Shown piece by piece: positions 46,461 through 57,968 of a DNA stretch of 64,000 bases. Source of the DNA: Acidobacteriota bacterium (lineage in GTDB: Bacteria; Actinomycetota; Acidimicrobiia; Acidimicrobiales; RAAP-2). The position numbers and the translations under genes were made by a program. Below the pieces are notes generated by a model that was not told where the DNA came from, did no database searches, and saw only the letters and a list, made by a program, of their open reading frames with translations. The stretch's first letter is position 1. Each line of letters begins with the position of its first letter. The DNA lies in contig JAGWWX010000003.1 in the NCBI GenBank assembly GCA_018970215.1, positions 4,668 through 68,667 of the forward strand, in the 5' to 3' direction.

Positions 46461-47711
46461 GTGAGTTTTGCAGTTGGCCTACGGTGCCGAGAGTGTGGGA
46501 CAACGTATCCCACCGAAGCTCGTTACTCGTGCGACATGTGCTTTGGTCCACTCGAGGTCGCGTACGACCTCGAAGCCGCTCGCAGTGTCGTGACGCGAGA
46601 ACGGATCGCGGCCGGTCCCGCCTCAATTTGGCGTTACGCCGACTTACTTCCTGACCACGGGGGGCACCCGGTCGACCTTGGCGCCGGGTGGACACCCCTA
46701 CGACGTGCCGATCGACTCGCCGCGGAAATTGGGCTCGATGAACTGTGGTTGAAGGACGACACCCGCAATCCCACCGGCTCGTTCAAAGACCGCGTGGTGT
46801 CGTGTGCTTTGTCGTCAGCTCAGCGACTCGGCTTCACCACTGCGGCGTGTGCTTCGACGGGCAATCTCGCCACGTCAGTCGCAGCCCACGCAGCGGCGCT
46901 GGGCTGGCCCAGCGTGACCGTGATTCCGTCGGATCTCGAGAAGAGCAAAGTCGCCATGACGGCAATCTTCGGCGGCACCGTTCTCGCAGTGGACGGTAAC
47001 TATGACGACGTCAACCGTCTCTGCGCTGAACTGGTTGATTCTCACCCGGACTGGGCCTTTGCGAACGTCAATCTTCGGGCGTATTACGCGGAAGGCTCCA
47101 AAACTCTGGCCTACGAGATCGCTGAGCAACTGGGCTGGCAGTTGCCCGCTCAGGTTCTTGCACCTATTGCGTCAGGATCACAACTCACCAAAATCGCCAA
47201 AGGCTTTCGAGAGTTTCTGGAGCTGGGGCTCGTGAGTGGCGAACTACCGACTATGTTCGGAGCACAGGCCGCCGGCTGCTCTCCCGTGGCGAGCGCGTTG
47301 GCGGATGGAACCAACGTGATCCGCCCGGTGAAGCCCAACACGATTGCACGTTCGTTGGCGATTGGTAACCCGGCCGACGGTCCCTACGCCATCGATGAAA
47401 TGCGGGCGAGTGGCGGTGACTGCGGGTCCGTGACGGACGAGGAAGTGTTGTTGTCCATTGCCCAGCTCGCGAGAACTGAGGGAGTGTTCGCCGAGACGGC
47501 GGGAGGAGTCGTCATAGCGTCACTGAAGCAACTCGTTGAGCGCGGTTCGATCGATCGCCACCGTCCCGTCGTGGCGATCATCTCGGGACACGGACTCAAG
47601 ACACTGGACGCCATCGTCGATACCGCAACACCCACCGCAGTAATTTCACCAAAATTGGCCGACGCAGAAGCTGCGTTAGCTCGATTCCACCACATGGAGG
47701 CAGCAGTATGA
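46461..47711 (+). CDS. Threonine-synthase-like PLP enzyme (possibly an O-phosphohomoserine sulfhydrylase)
   Basis: N-terminal CRECG...CDMCFG, LGAGWTPL, KDDTRNPTGSFKDR, ASTGN, EGSKT, SLAIGNP and GHGLKT motifs. Confidence 0.88.
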   Translation: MSFAVGLRCRECGTTYPTEARYSCDMCFGPLEVAYDLEAARSVVTRERIAAGPASIWRYADLLPDHGGHPVDLGAGWTPLRRADRLAAEIGLDELWLKDDTRNPTGSFKDRVVSCALSSAQRLGFTTAACASTGNLATSVAAHAAALGWPSVTVIPSDLEKSKVAMTAIFGGTVLAVDGNYDDVNRLCAELVDSHPDWAFANVNLRAYYAEGSKTLAYEIAEQLGWQLPAQVLAPIASGSQLTKIAKGFREFLELGLVSGELPTMFGAQAAGCSPVASALADGTNVIRPVKPNTIARSLAIGNPADGPYAIDEMRASGGDCGSVTDEEVLLSIAQLARTEGVFAETAGGVVIASLKQLVERGSIDRHRPVVAIISGHGLKTLDAIVDTATPTAVISPKLADAEAALARFHHMEAAV

Positions 47712-47983
47712 CCGTTTCAGTTCGACTCCCAAGTCAACTTCGCGCTCTCGTTGGCGGTGCCGGCGAAGTGAGTGTTGAGGCAACCACAGTACGAGAAGCA
47801 ATTCACGCTGTTGAGAGTCTTCACCCCGGCTTGGCAGCACGCGTTCTCGACGAGGCCGGTGAGTTACGGCGATTCGTCAACGTGTTTGTCGCCGATGAAG
47901 ACGTGCGTTTTCTTCAGGGACTTGATACGACACTGGCCGCCGGTGCGGTGGTGTCGCTGGTGCCCGCCGTTGCGGGTGGCTAG
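47708..47983 (+). CDS. MoaD/ThiS/CysO-family ubiquitin-like sulfur carrier
   Basis: VRLPSQLR, RRFVNVFV..EDVRFL.GLDT and C-terminal PAVAGG; ATGA-coupled to the upstream gene. Confidence 0.92.
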   Translation: MTVSVRLPSQLRALVGGAGEVSVEATTVREAIHAVESLHPGLAARVLDEAGELRRFVNVFVADEDVRFLQGLDTTLAAGAVVSLVPAVAGG

Positions 47984-48022
47984 TCGTCATCACTAATCGA
48001 GACCTAGGCTCACGCACGTCGC

Positions 48023-49885
48023 GTGAGTACTCCCTTTATTGCCCCTCGCCGTCTCGCGGCCGTCCTCGTGGCGGCACTGTGCGCGTCGCTTCTCACTCCG
48101 ATGGCGACCCGAGCGGTACCGACGTCATTGTCGGTGGCCCTTCCGCTCGGCGAGTATCCGACCTACATCCTTCCCTTTACTCCCGCCAGCGAAGCATCTC
48201 GCACAAATCTGTCGTACTTCCAATCATCGCTGTATCGACCGCTGTATGTGGTCGGACGTGGTCCGCTTCTCGGCGTCCAGGCCGATCTTTCGCCAGCCGA
48301 GCCGCCGGTGTTTTCCAATGGCAACACCACCGCAACGGTGACGATGAAGGGGTGGAATTTTTCGAACGGTGAAGTGATCGATGGTCGATCCGTTGTTTTC
48401 TTCTTTAACTTGTGGCGAGCCGCTCCCGCCCTGTTCCACGACACACTCTCGAGTTCGGTAATGCCGAACCAGATTTCTTCCGTGACGGCATCCGGTAGTA
48501 CCGTCACCATCACTACGGCGGTCGCGGTACAGCCGGACTGGTTCGTGCAGAACGTGCTCGCACGAGTGACACCCCTGCCGATGGCGTGGGATCGAACTTC
48601 TCTCACGGCACTCGCCGGATCGGCCCAGTGTTCATCGAATCTGACCTCCTTTACGCAAGCCACAGCTCGTGCCGCCTGTGGATCACCCGCCCGCCCCGCG
48701 TTGGGTCGGGGGGAGAGCGGAGTGGTGAAGTTTTTACGAACGCGGGCAGCCGATCGTTCGACCTACGTCGCGGACGATCCGATTTGGGGTGTGACATCCG
48801 GACCATGGCGACTGTTGTCGTATGACGTCAAACGTGTTGCCCCCGTCGTGCTGGTACCGAGTCCCACCTACGACGGTCCCGTCAAGGCACCGGTGGCCCA
48901 ACTGCGTCTCGTACCTTTCTCAACGCTGGAGGGCGAGCGAACTGCTCTGCAAAACGGCACTGTCGATGTGGGGTACTTAGGCGCCACTGATGTCCAGCCA
49001 CCGAGTGCGAAGTATCCAAACGGGAGAATTGTGGCGACGGCGTTGCGAGCACGAGTCGTTGCGCGGTACACACCGCTGTGGATGAGCACGTTCGCGGTGG
49101 TGAATTTTGATCCCACCACGGGGTCAAGCCCGCTGCTGCGTCAGCTCTACTTCCGTCAAGCACTCCAGAGTTCGCTCAATCAAAGTGCTCTTATCTCCGG
49201 TCTCTATGGTCGCCTGGCGTACGCCAACTGGAGTGCCGTTCCGGCGTTTCCCGGTTCTCCCGCACTCGGCACCGCCACCAACCCGTATCCGTACAACGTG
49301 GTTCGCGCCAAGAAGTACCTGACCGATAATGGCTGGACCGTGCCAGTCCGGGGAGTCGCAACGTGTGTTCGTGACGCGGGGTGTGGGAGCGGCGTACCAA
49401 AAGGCACTTCCGCGTCGATCACTTACAAATACTTCAACGCTGGACCACTCGTGTCGCAACGTCTCGCTTTTGAACAAGCGGGGTGGGCCCAGATTGGAAT
49501 CCAAGTCAATCTGGTACCCATTGAGAGCACATCACGACTCGTCCGAGAGTGCGTTTCGGGGTCGCCCGGTACCGCGTGGCAGATCTGCGAGTTGTCGCCG
49601 TGGGCGTACTTCCCCGACACATACCCCTCGGGGGAGGCGCTCTTTCACTCCACCTCACCAGCGAACATCGGGTCATTTCGTGACACCACGATGGATGCGA
49701 TTGTCACCGCCACGTCCCTCGGGAGTGAGCCGCTCGGCACCCGATATGCGGCGTACAGCGCAACCCAACTTCCGGTGCTCTATCAGCCAAATCGGGGCGC
49801 CCTCGTGGCGTGGAGCAAGCGACTCAAGGCGGCCCTTGGGCCTAGTCCGACCGAGACCTTCCTGCCTGAATTTTTCCACCCGTAG
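48023..49885 (+). CDS. ABC transporter substrate-binding protein, family 5 (peptide/nickel)
   Basis: Signal peptide, LYRPLY, WNFSNGE.I, SGPWRL, LYFRQAL, NPYPYN..RAKKYL..GW and PVLYQP motifs. Confidence 0.85.
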   Translation: MSTPFIAPRRLAAVLVAALCASLLTPMATRAVPTSLSVALPLGEYPTYILPFTPASEASRTNLSYFQSSLYRPLYVVGRGPLLGVQADLSPAEPPVFSNGNTTATVTMKGWNFSNGEVIDGRSVVFFFNLWRAAPALFHDTLSSSVMPNQISSVTASGSTVTITTAVAVQPDWFVQNVLARVTPLPMAWDRTSLTALAGSAQCSSNLTSFTQATARAACGSPARPALGRGESGVVKFLRTRAADRSTYVADDPIWGVTSGPWRLLSYDVKRVAPVVLVPSPTYDGPVKAPVAQLRLVPFSTLEGERTALQNGTVDVGYLGATDVQPPSAKYPNGRIVATALRARVVARYTPLWMSTFAVVNFDPTTGSSPLLRQLYFRQALQSSLNQSALISGLYGRLAYANWSAVPAFPGSPALGTATNPYPYNVVRAKKYLTDNGWTVPVRGVATCVRDAGCGSGVPKGTSASITYKYFNAGPLVSQRLAFEQAGWAQIGIQVNLVPIESTSRLVRECVSGSPGTAWQICELSPWAYFPDTYPSGEALFHSTSPANIGSFRDTTMDAIVTATSLGSEPLGTRYAAYSATQLPVLYQPNRGALVAWSKRLKAALGPSPTETFLPEFFHP

Positions 49886-49891
49886 GGCGCG

Positions 49892-51590
<1,699 letters not shown>

Positions 51591-51607
51591 AACGTTCACC
51601 AACGCGC

Positions 51608-51635
51608 AGAGTCCCCGGGAACCCCCGGGGACTCT
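51608..51635 (+). terminator. Intrinsic terminator after groEL
   Basis: AGAGTCCCCGG-gaaccc-CCGGGGACTCT followed by TTGCTTTTT. Confidence 0.85.
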
Positions 51636-51688
51636 TTGCTTTTTGACTGACTCGGCAGAGTCGTAACGTAATAGATGAAGGAGTTGAT

Positions 51689-51940
51689 GTGGAGAGATAC
51701 GAGGAGATGCACGCGGGGCTAGAGGGTCCATGGTTGTTCGTTGTACTAGCCCTCGTCATCACGGCGCTCGCCATCGTTTTCATCGTTCGCTACTACCAGC
51801 AACGTCCGAACGCGATGCCTGCCGTCGAACCACCGCGAAAGAGCGATAACGAGGCGATTCGCGTCCTTCAATTACGGCTCGCCACGGGCGAAATTTCGGT
51901 TGAGGAGTATCACGAAAAGCTCGCCGCGTTACGTTCGTAG
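51689..51940 (+). CDS. Small membrane protein with a SHOCT domain
   Basis: TM helix followed by AIRVLQLRLATGEISVEEY. Confidence 0.75.
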   Translation: MERYEEMHAGLEGPWLFVVLALVITALAIVFIVRYYQQRPNAMPAVEPPRKSDNEAIRVLQLRLATGEISVEEYHEKLAALRS

Positions 51941-51975
51941 CGTGCCACTTTGCAGAAGACTCGTAATCTGACGAC

Positions 51976-52659
51976 ATGAGTACTTCACCGATGGGTCCAA
52001 CGAAGGGCCTCAACGTCATTCACCTCTTTTGTCACGCACAAGGTGAAGTTGACCGCGAACGCGTCCACGATGCCGTCGCCTGGGCAACCGAGCAGGGCGT
52101 ACAGGTCGTCGTCGCTTCCATCGTGGGAGCAAAAGCAGATATGTGTTTCATGGTGCTGGGATCAGACCTGTGGGATCTTCGAAAGTTTCAATCGAAGATT
52201 TCGGCGTCGGGGCTATCGGTGGCTGAGAGCTACGTGTCGGTCACTGAAGTGAGCGAATACGCCCAAGGGATGCCGGAGGAGATGTTGACGGCTCGACTGT
52301 ATCCCGTGCTACCGCCAGACGGCCTTGCCGCTTTTTGTTTCTATCCGATGAGTAAGCGTCGGGAGGAGAGCCACAATTGGTACGCGCTGCCGTATGACGA
52401 ACGCGACCAGCTCATGCGCCAACACGGTAAGTCGGGTCGGGAGTTCAAGGGTCGCGTCCTGCAAGTGGTGACGGGCTCCACGGGTCTCGACGACTGGGAG
52501 TGGGGCGTCACGCTGTTCGGTGCCCACGTCGATGATCTCAAGGACTGTGTTTATACGATGCGATTTGACGAGGCCTCCACGCATTACGGAGAGTTCGGAC
52601 AGTTCTATACCGGAATGGTCGGCTCGGTAGATGATGTCCTCGCCGCATCGGTCGGATAG
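51976..52659 (+). CDS. hemQ: Coproheme decarboxylase / chlorite dismutase family
   Basis: SVTEVSEY, CFYPMSKRR..HNWY.LP..ER..LM..HG..GR, GLDDWEWGVTL and MRFDEAS..YGEFG motifs. Confidence 0.85.
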   Translation: MSTSPMGPTKGLNVIHLFCHAQGEVDRERVHDAVAWATEQGVQVVVASIVGAKADMCFMVLGSDLWDLRKFQSKISASGLSVAESYVSVTEVSEYAQGMPEEMLTARLYPVLPPDGLAAFCFYPMSKRREESHNWYALPYDERDQLMRQHGKSGREFKGRVLQVVTGSTGLDDWEWGVTLFGAHVDDLKDCVYTMRFDEASTHYGEFGQFYTGMVGSVDDVLAASVG

Positions 52660-52679
52660 TCAGCGATAGCGTCATACGC

Positions 52680-53360
52680 GTGAGTGAACCCGTTGGAGAG
52701 CGCACGCTACGTCGGTGGGCGGAAGCGCTGGCCGGTATAGCCCGAACGGGTCTCGCGTTCTCTGAAAGTCAGTACGAACGAGAGCGGTTTGACGAGGTTC
52801 TCAAAATTGCCGGCGATATCAAGCACGTTGCCGAACTGGGCGACGGTCCCGATAGTCACGTGGAAGAGTGGTACGGCGAGGTGCTTCCCGGTCGCCGTGG
52901 CTACGCGACGCCGAAGTTGGCGGTCGGTGCCGCCGTTATGAACGACAAAGGTGAACTACTACTTATCCAACGAGCCGATTCGGGGGTCTGGCTGTACCCC
53001 ACTGGCTACTGCGATATCGGCTATTCGGCCATCGAAGTTTGTGTGAAGGAAGTCGAAGAAGAGACGGGCATTCAGGTCGAACCCATTCGCCTGCTCGGCA
53101 TTCTCGACACGTTGCGACACGGAACATCGCGTATGGCGCTCTACTCGATGCTGTTTCTTTGCCGTCAGACGGGCGGTGAACTCAACTTGCACCCACTGGA
53201 GTGCTCCGACGCTGGGTGGTTCACTCCCGACAATCTCCCAGGGCCAATTTTCGGTCTCGAACGTTGGGGCGGACCGGTATTTGCTGCCCTCGCTGGTGAG
53301 GTGCATCCGCCTTTTTATGACGACCTACGTGATCCCGTTTGGCGAGGAGGGCAGTCGTGA
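52680..53360 (+). CDS. NUDIX hydrolase with Nudix_N domain (YjhB-like)
   Basis: LAGIARTGLAF....YERERF, GYATPK, PTGYCDIG..KEVEEETG and E..DAGWF motifs. Confidence 0.85.
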   Translation: MSEPVGERTLRRWAEALAGIARTGLAFSESQYERERFDEVLKIAGDIKHVAELGDGPDSHVEEWYGEVLPGRRGYATPKLAVGAAVMNDKGELLLIQRADSGVWLYPTGYCDIGYSAIEVCVKEVEEETGIQVEPIRLLGILDTLRHGTSRMALYSMLFLCRQTGGELNLHPLECSDAGWFTPDNLPGPIFGLERWGGPVFAALAGEVHPPFYDDLRDPVWRGGQS

Positions 53361-53785
53361 GAGTAGAAGAACTGACGTCGGTCGACCACAAGACGGTGGA
53401 GGCGATTCAGCGGTTGATGTCACAGTTGTCGACGAGTGCGCCACCGGTAACCGTGGATGTCATGACGAGCGTTGTGAGTTCTCCCGTGAACACAGTGTTC
53501 GTCGCGAGAGATGGCGACGACATAGTGGGCACGCTGACCTTGGTTGTATTCCCGATACCGACCGGGGTGCGCGCGTGGATTGAAGATGTGGTGGTCGACG
53601 AATCGGCTCGCGGGAACGGAATCGGTGATGACCTGATCGCGGCGGCAGTTGAGAAATCGCAACGCCTGGGAGCTCGGTCGATCGATTTGACGAGCCGACC
53701 GGCGAGGGAAGCCGCACACCGTCTCTACCTCAAGGCGGGATTCATTGTTCGTGAAACCAACGTTTACCGTTTCTCGATTGAGTAA
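53357..53785 (+). CDS. GNAT acetyltransferase
   Basis: WIEDVVVDESARGNGIG, LTSRPAREAA and LYLKAGF motifs. Confidence 0.88.
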   Translation: MRVEELTSVDHKTVEAIQRLMSQLSTSAPPVTVDVMTSVVSSPVNTVFVARDGDDIVGTLTLVVFPIPTGVRAWIEDVVVDESARGNGIGDDLIAAAVEKSQRLGARSIDLTSRPAREAAHRLYLKAGFIVRETNVYRFSIE

Positions 53786-53809
53786 TACGGTGATCTCGCG
53801 GACGAGGAA

Positions 53810-54385
53810 TCAACGATAGGCGTCAGCATTCTTCTGGACCACTGCGACGTAGTTCGTCCACTGTTCGCCATCAAAGTCGGGAAGGTTCATCGCACTATGG
53901 CGATACCCGATGCCTCCATCAATGAGTTCCCGCACGATGTCGGCGTGACCAGCGTGCCGATTCGTTTCGGCCGTCATGTGAACAAGAATCTGGTGCAGAG
54001 TGACATTCTTTTTCTCGTCAGCCCACCAGGGAACTACACCCGGGGAGTCGAGGTCGAGGTCGTGGATCGTGCTGTCCGACGCGTCCCACGATGTGTGATA
54101 CAGAGCGACAATGTCATCGCGCGACTCGTCTGATGTTGCGAACATGTCAAGATTCGGAGCGGCGCCGTCGGCGAACCACGGTAATTCGATCGGACAGGCT
54201 CGTCCGAAAGTGTCGGTGAAGTAGCCCAGTTCCACGCTGGCAACGTGCTTGACGATGCCTAACAAGTTGGTGCCCGAGTTGGTGAGTGGTCGTCGGACGT
54301 CGTACTCGCTCAATCCATCGAGTTTCCATAGCAGTGCCTCGCGGGCCGTCTTGAGGTAGCCGTGCAAAATTTCTTTCGGTGACAT
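53810..54385 (-). CDS. DinB family (DUF664) protein
   Basis: TNLLGIVKHVASVE..YF and LVHMTAETNRHAGHADIVRE motifs. Confidence 0.88.
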   Translation of the reverse strand: MSPKEILHGYLKTAREALLWKLDGLSEYDVRRPLTNSGTNLLGIVKHVASVELGYFTDTFGRACPIELPWFADGAAPNLDMFATSDESRDDIVALYHTSWDASDSTIHDLDLDSPGVVPWWADEKKNVTLHQILVHMTAETNRHAGHADIVRELIDGGIGYRHSAMNLPDFDGEQWTNYVAVVQKNADAYR

Positions 54386-54428
54386 CACACCTCGTAGTCT
54401 GCCCTCTCCGACATGCAAGAATGGATGT

Positions 54429-54881
54429 ATGGAGATCGACGCTGCAACTCATCGCACATTGGCAATCACGGCGAATAACTCCACCTGGGAGTTCATCGAT
54501 ATTCCTGACGCCGAGCGCACTATTGACGACACAGAAGAGATGCTCCGTCGGGCGTACGCCGCTGCCTACCACTGGGCGCGAGCCGAAGGTCGCACTCGTC
54601 AAAATGACGCCCGCGCCGAGTGGCTCTTATCTCGCGTGTGGCGCGCGACGGGTAACGGCGAACGGACCCTGCACCACGCCCAGCGTTGTCTCGTAATCAC
54701 CGAGGAGATGGGGCTGAAGGATTTTGACCTCGCCTACGCCTACGACGCAGTCGCGCGGGGGCTCGCGATGACCGGTCGTCGCGACGAGGCCACGACGTGG
54801 TGGGAGCGGGCAATGGCCGTTGAAATTGGTAACGATGGCGATCGCCGTCAATTGATGTCAGACATATCGGACGCTCCCTAG
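54429..54881 (+). CDS. Conserved hypothetical helical-repeat protein
   Basis: 150-aa ORF with AYAAAYHW, WLLSRVW and LAYAYDAVAR; no function recognised. Confidence 0.6.
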   Translation: MEIDAATHRTLAITANNSTWEFIDIPDAERTIDDTEEMLRRAYAAAYHWARAEGRTRQNDARAEWLLSRVWRATGNGERTLHHAQRCLVITEEMGLKDFDLAYAYDAVARGLAMTGRRDEATTWWERAMAVEIGNDGDRRQLMSDISDAP

Positions 54882-54917
54882 CGCACTGCCGGTCAGTTCA
54901 TCACTACGATTCGCAAC

Positions 54918-56642
54918 GTGCACGACCTCATCATTTCTTCGGGCAATGTCGTTGACGGTACGGGGTCACCCGGCCGCATCGCCGATATCGCCATTCAAGG
55001 TGACCGCATCGTTGCCGTCGGGGACCGCGGAACTCTCGGGCGTGCTCGTCGAACGATTTCGGCCGAAGGCCGACTCGTCACCCCGGGCTTTGTTGATACC
55101 CATACTCACTACGACGGACAAGCGTCGTGGGATCCGTGGTTGACACCGTCGAGTTGGCACGGTGTAACGACCGTGGTGGGTGGGAACTGCGGTGTGGGCT
55201 TTGCCCCGGTCCGTCCACATCAACACGAGTGGCTCGTGCAACTGATGGAGGGCGTCGAGGATATTCCCGGTTCGGCACTCACCGAAGGGATCACGTGGGA
55301 GTGGGAGTCGTTCCCCGAATTTCTCGATGCCGTTGCCGCTCGACCGCACATTATGGACTTTGGATTCCAACTTTCTCACGGGGCGTTACGTGGTTACGTC
55401 ATGGATCAGCGAGGAGCGCGAAATGAGTCGGCGACCGCTGACGACCTGGCCATGATGGAGCAGCTAGCAGTGGAGGCGTTGGCAGCGGGGGCGATGGGAA
55501 TTTCGACGTCGCGAACGTCGCTCCACAAAGCGAAGGACGGCGAGTTCGTTCCAGGGACTTTTGCTGAACTCGACGAGCTCTTTGTCTTTGCCGATGCACT
55601 TCATGGGCATCGGCAACGCACGGGGCACCGGGGGGTGTTTCAACTCGCTATTGAACATGTCGAGGTCCCCGATCAGTTTGAGTGGATGAGGGCTTTTATC
55701 GATCGCTCGGGGGCTCGGGTCGTGTTTAATTTCTCGCAGACTCGCCACGCCCCCGATGTCTGGCGCGAGGTCATTCGCCGCCTCGACGACGCGCGACGTG
55801 ATGGGTACGACATTTTGGGTCAGGTCGCCGGTCGCTCCATCGGCGTCTTGGAGTGCCTCGAAGGAAGCGTGCATCCTTTCATTCGCCACCGGACCTGGCG
55901 CTCAATCGCCGAAGCATCTCTGGAAGAAAAGGTTGCCGCACTTCGCGACCCCAGCTTTCGCGATGCGTTGCTGAGTGAGACCCGGTCGAGTTCAACTCCC
56001 ACGGGCGAACTTCTGATGTCGGCGTGGGACCGGATGTATCCGGTGGGGAATAAGAACATTAACTACGAACCCGATCCGGCCACCGACTCCCTCCAGGCCC
56101 TCGCCGATCGCCTCGGACGTTCTCCTCAAGAACTCGCGCTCGACGCGCTACTCGACGGTGACGGACACGGCATGCTCTACGTCCCGCTCTTCAACTACGC
56201 CGACGGCGATTTGGAATTGGTACGTCAACTCCATCTTCACCCGTCAACTCGAATGGGTCTTTCTGACGCCGGCGCACACTGCGGTGCCATCTGTGACGGC
56301 GGAATGCCGACATTCATGCTCACGCACTGGACTCGTGACCGAGAGCGTGGCGACACCCTGCCCCTTGAATACATCGTCCACCGCCAGACGCAACAGACGG
56401 CGCAGCTTTTTAACATGTTCGACCGTGGTGTAATCGCTCCCGGTATGAAAGCCGACATCAATGTCATCGACTACGAAAAACTCGAGTTCTCTCACGCCGA
56501 GATGGCCTATGACTTTCCGACTGGGGCGCGACGTTTGGTACAACGAGCGCGCGGTTACGAGCTCACCATGGTGAGCGGAGTCCCCACGGTGGAAAACGAT
56601 GAATTTACGGGATCGCTGCCCGGACAGTTACTAAGGAGCTAG
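54918..56642 (+). CDS. N-acyl-D-amino-acid deacylase family amidohydrolase
   Basis: VVDGTG, PGFVDTHTHYD, GNCGVGFAP, SDAGAH and G.IAPGMKADIN motifs. Confidence 0.9.
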   Translation: MHDLIISSGNVVDGTGSPGRIADIAIQGDRIVAVGDRGTLGRARRTISAEGRLVTPGFVDTHTHYDGQASWDPWLTPSSWHGVTTVVGGNCGVGFAPVRPHQHEWLVQLMEGVEDIPGSALTEGITWEWESFPEFLDAVAARPHIMDFGFQLSHGALRGYVMDQRGARNESATADDLAMMEQLAVEALAAGAMGISTSRTSLHKAKDGEFVPGTFAELDELFVFADALHGHRQRTGHRGVFQLAIEHVEVPDQFEWMRAFIDRSGARVVFNFSQTRHAPDVWREVIRRLDDARRDGYDILGQVAGRSIGVLECLEGSVHPFIRHRTWRSIAEASLEEKVAALRDPSFRDALLSETRSSSTPTGELLMSAWDRMYPVGNKNINYEPDPATDSLQALADRLGRSPQELALDALLDGDGHGMLYVPLFNYADGDLELVRQLHLHPSTRMGLSDAGAHCGAICDGGMPTFMLTHWTRDRERGDTLPLEYIVHRQTQQTAQLFNMFDRGVIAPGMKADINVIDYEKLEFSHAEMAYDFPTGARRLVQRARGYELTMVSGVPTVENDEFTGSLPGQLLRS

Positions 56643-57032
56643 ATGCCTCGCGAGATTGATGAATCGAAGTACATCTCATTTGGCACCTATCGCGCCGACG
56701 GCAGTATGGCGCGAACACCCGTGTGGGTTGTGCCGTTCGAAGGCGGCTATGCCTTTTCGACGGAAGGACATTCCCACAAAGTGCGTCGACTCGCAGCTAA
56801 TCCTCGAGTTGATATTGCGCCATGCACTATTCGTGGCGTCATTGACCCCACCGCACCACACTTTGAGGGAACGGCGGAAGTGCTCACTGGAGCACGTTGC
56901 GAAGAAGTCGAAAGACTGGTAGCAAGAAAGTACTTTTTCGCGTGGTGGCTCATGATCGTTCCGAATGAGTGGTGGTCGCGCCTTCGTGGGAAAAATCCCA
57001 TCAGCGTCGCGATCAAAGTCACCTTGGATTGA
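56643..57032 (+). CDS. PPOX-class F420-dependent oxidoreductase
   Basis: YISFGTYRADG..ARTPVW, KVRRLAANPRV..APC..RG and KY motifs. Confidence 0.85.
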   Translation: MPREIDESKYISFGTYRADGSMARTPVWVVPFEGGYAFSTEGHSHKVRRLAANPRVDIAPCTIRGVIDPTAPHFEGTAEVLTGARCEEVERLVARKYFFAWWLMIVPNEWWSRLRGKNPISVAIKVTLD

Positions 57033-57553
57033 TGTCACTGCTCATACGAGACCTCAACTTCTCGGATGAGGCGGACTACCGAGCGGCCTCGAACGAATTT
57101 GTCGGCAGCGGATTTGACTGGTCCGCGCCACTTGAACCGCAACTGGCCTGGACGGAGTACGTTGCCACGGTGCACGCGTGGTCCCGAGGCGAATCTCTCC
57201 CACCCGGGTGGGTTCCCGTCACAACGCGGATTGCTGAGTGGGATGGGGTCGTTGCGGGTCGCCTCTCTGTACGACACGAGCTGAATGACTTCTTGGCGCA
57301 TGTCGGTGGTCATATCGGGTACGGAGTACGACCCGCATTCCGACGTCGGGGGATTGCGACGGCTCTCTTGCGCGACGGCCTTGAGATTGCGCGCCGAGCG
57401 GGCGTGGCGAAAGTTCTCGTGACGTGCCGCGACGACAACATTGGATCGGCCACCGTCATTGAACGGTGTGGCGGGGTGTGCCGCGACACCGTTGAGCACC
57501 CTGATGGCGGACAGCCCATGCGCCGGTACGACATCGTTCTTTCTCCCGCCTAA
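57032..57553 (+). CDS. GNAT acetyltransferase
   Basis: GRLSVRHELN, GGHIGY.VRP..RRRGIA and TCRDDNIGSA.VIERCGG motifs. Confidence 0.88.
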   Translation: MSLLIRDLNFSDEADYRAASNEFVGSGFDWSAPLEPQLAWTEYVATVHAWSRGESLPPGWVPVTTRIAEWDGVVAGRLSVRHELNDFLAHVGGHIGYGVRPAFRRRGIATALLRDGLEIARRAGVAKVLVTCRDDNIGSATVIERCGGVCRDTVEHPDGGQPMRRYDIVLSPA

Positions 57554-57586
57554 AAAAAACAGTCGGAAGCGACTTAGGCTGATGGT

Positions 57587-57961
57587 ATGAGCCGAGCCCA
57601 TACTCTCCGCGGCACGGTTTTTGCGTTGTTGTTCGCTGTGGTGATAGGGACGCCCGCACTTGCCGCTGATCGAGTCCCGCAGAAACGAGCACAACCGGCA
57701 TGCGATCAAGGTGCATTGGTCAACTACAACGCGTACTTCGAGGCTCGCCGCGCAGTGAATATTGCGTTCCGTGATGCCATGACCGCGGCGAATGAGGCGT
57801 TTCGTACGACCATGCTCACGGGGACGAAGTCTGAGCGAAAGCTCGCTCCACAGCAACGCCAACATGCTCGCGACGACGCGCGAGCGAACTTCAACCGTGC
57901 AGTGGCGGCACTGGGACCACCGCCTACGAAGCCCCCTGGATGTCACTCGACAAAGTTGTAA
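57587..57961 (+). CDS. Secreted hypothetical helical protein
   Basis: Signal peptide ending in ALA, two Cys, an Ala-rich helical hairpin, and a leaderless TAGGCT-N6-ATG start. Confidence 0.6.
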   Translation: MSRAHTLRGTVFALLFAVVIGTPALAADRVPQKRAQPACDQGALVNYNAYFEARRAVNIAFRDAMTAANEAFRTTMLTGTKSERKLAPQQRQHARDDARANFNRAVAALGPPPTKPPGCHSTKL

Positions 57962-57968
57962 CTAGCAC

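Noticed and set aside
57035-57946. Long antisense ORFs (e.g. 57035-57946, 35659-36489, 32960-33673, 17822-18508, 11255-11743)
   Set aside because: They are shadows of well-supported genes on the opposite strand in GC-rich DNA, with no motifs or RBS support
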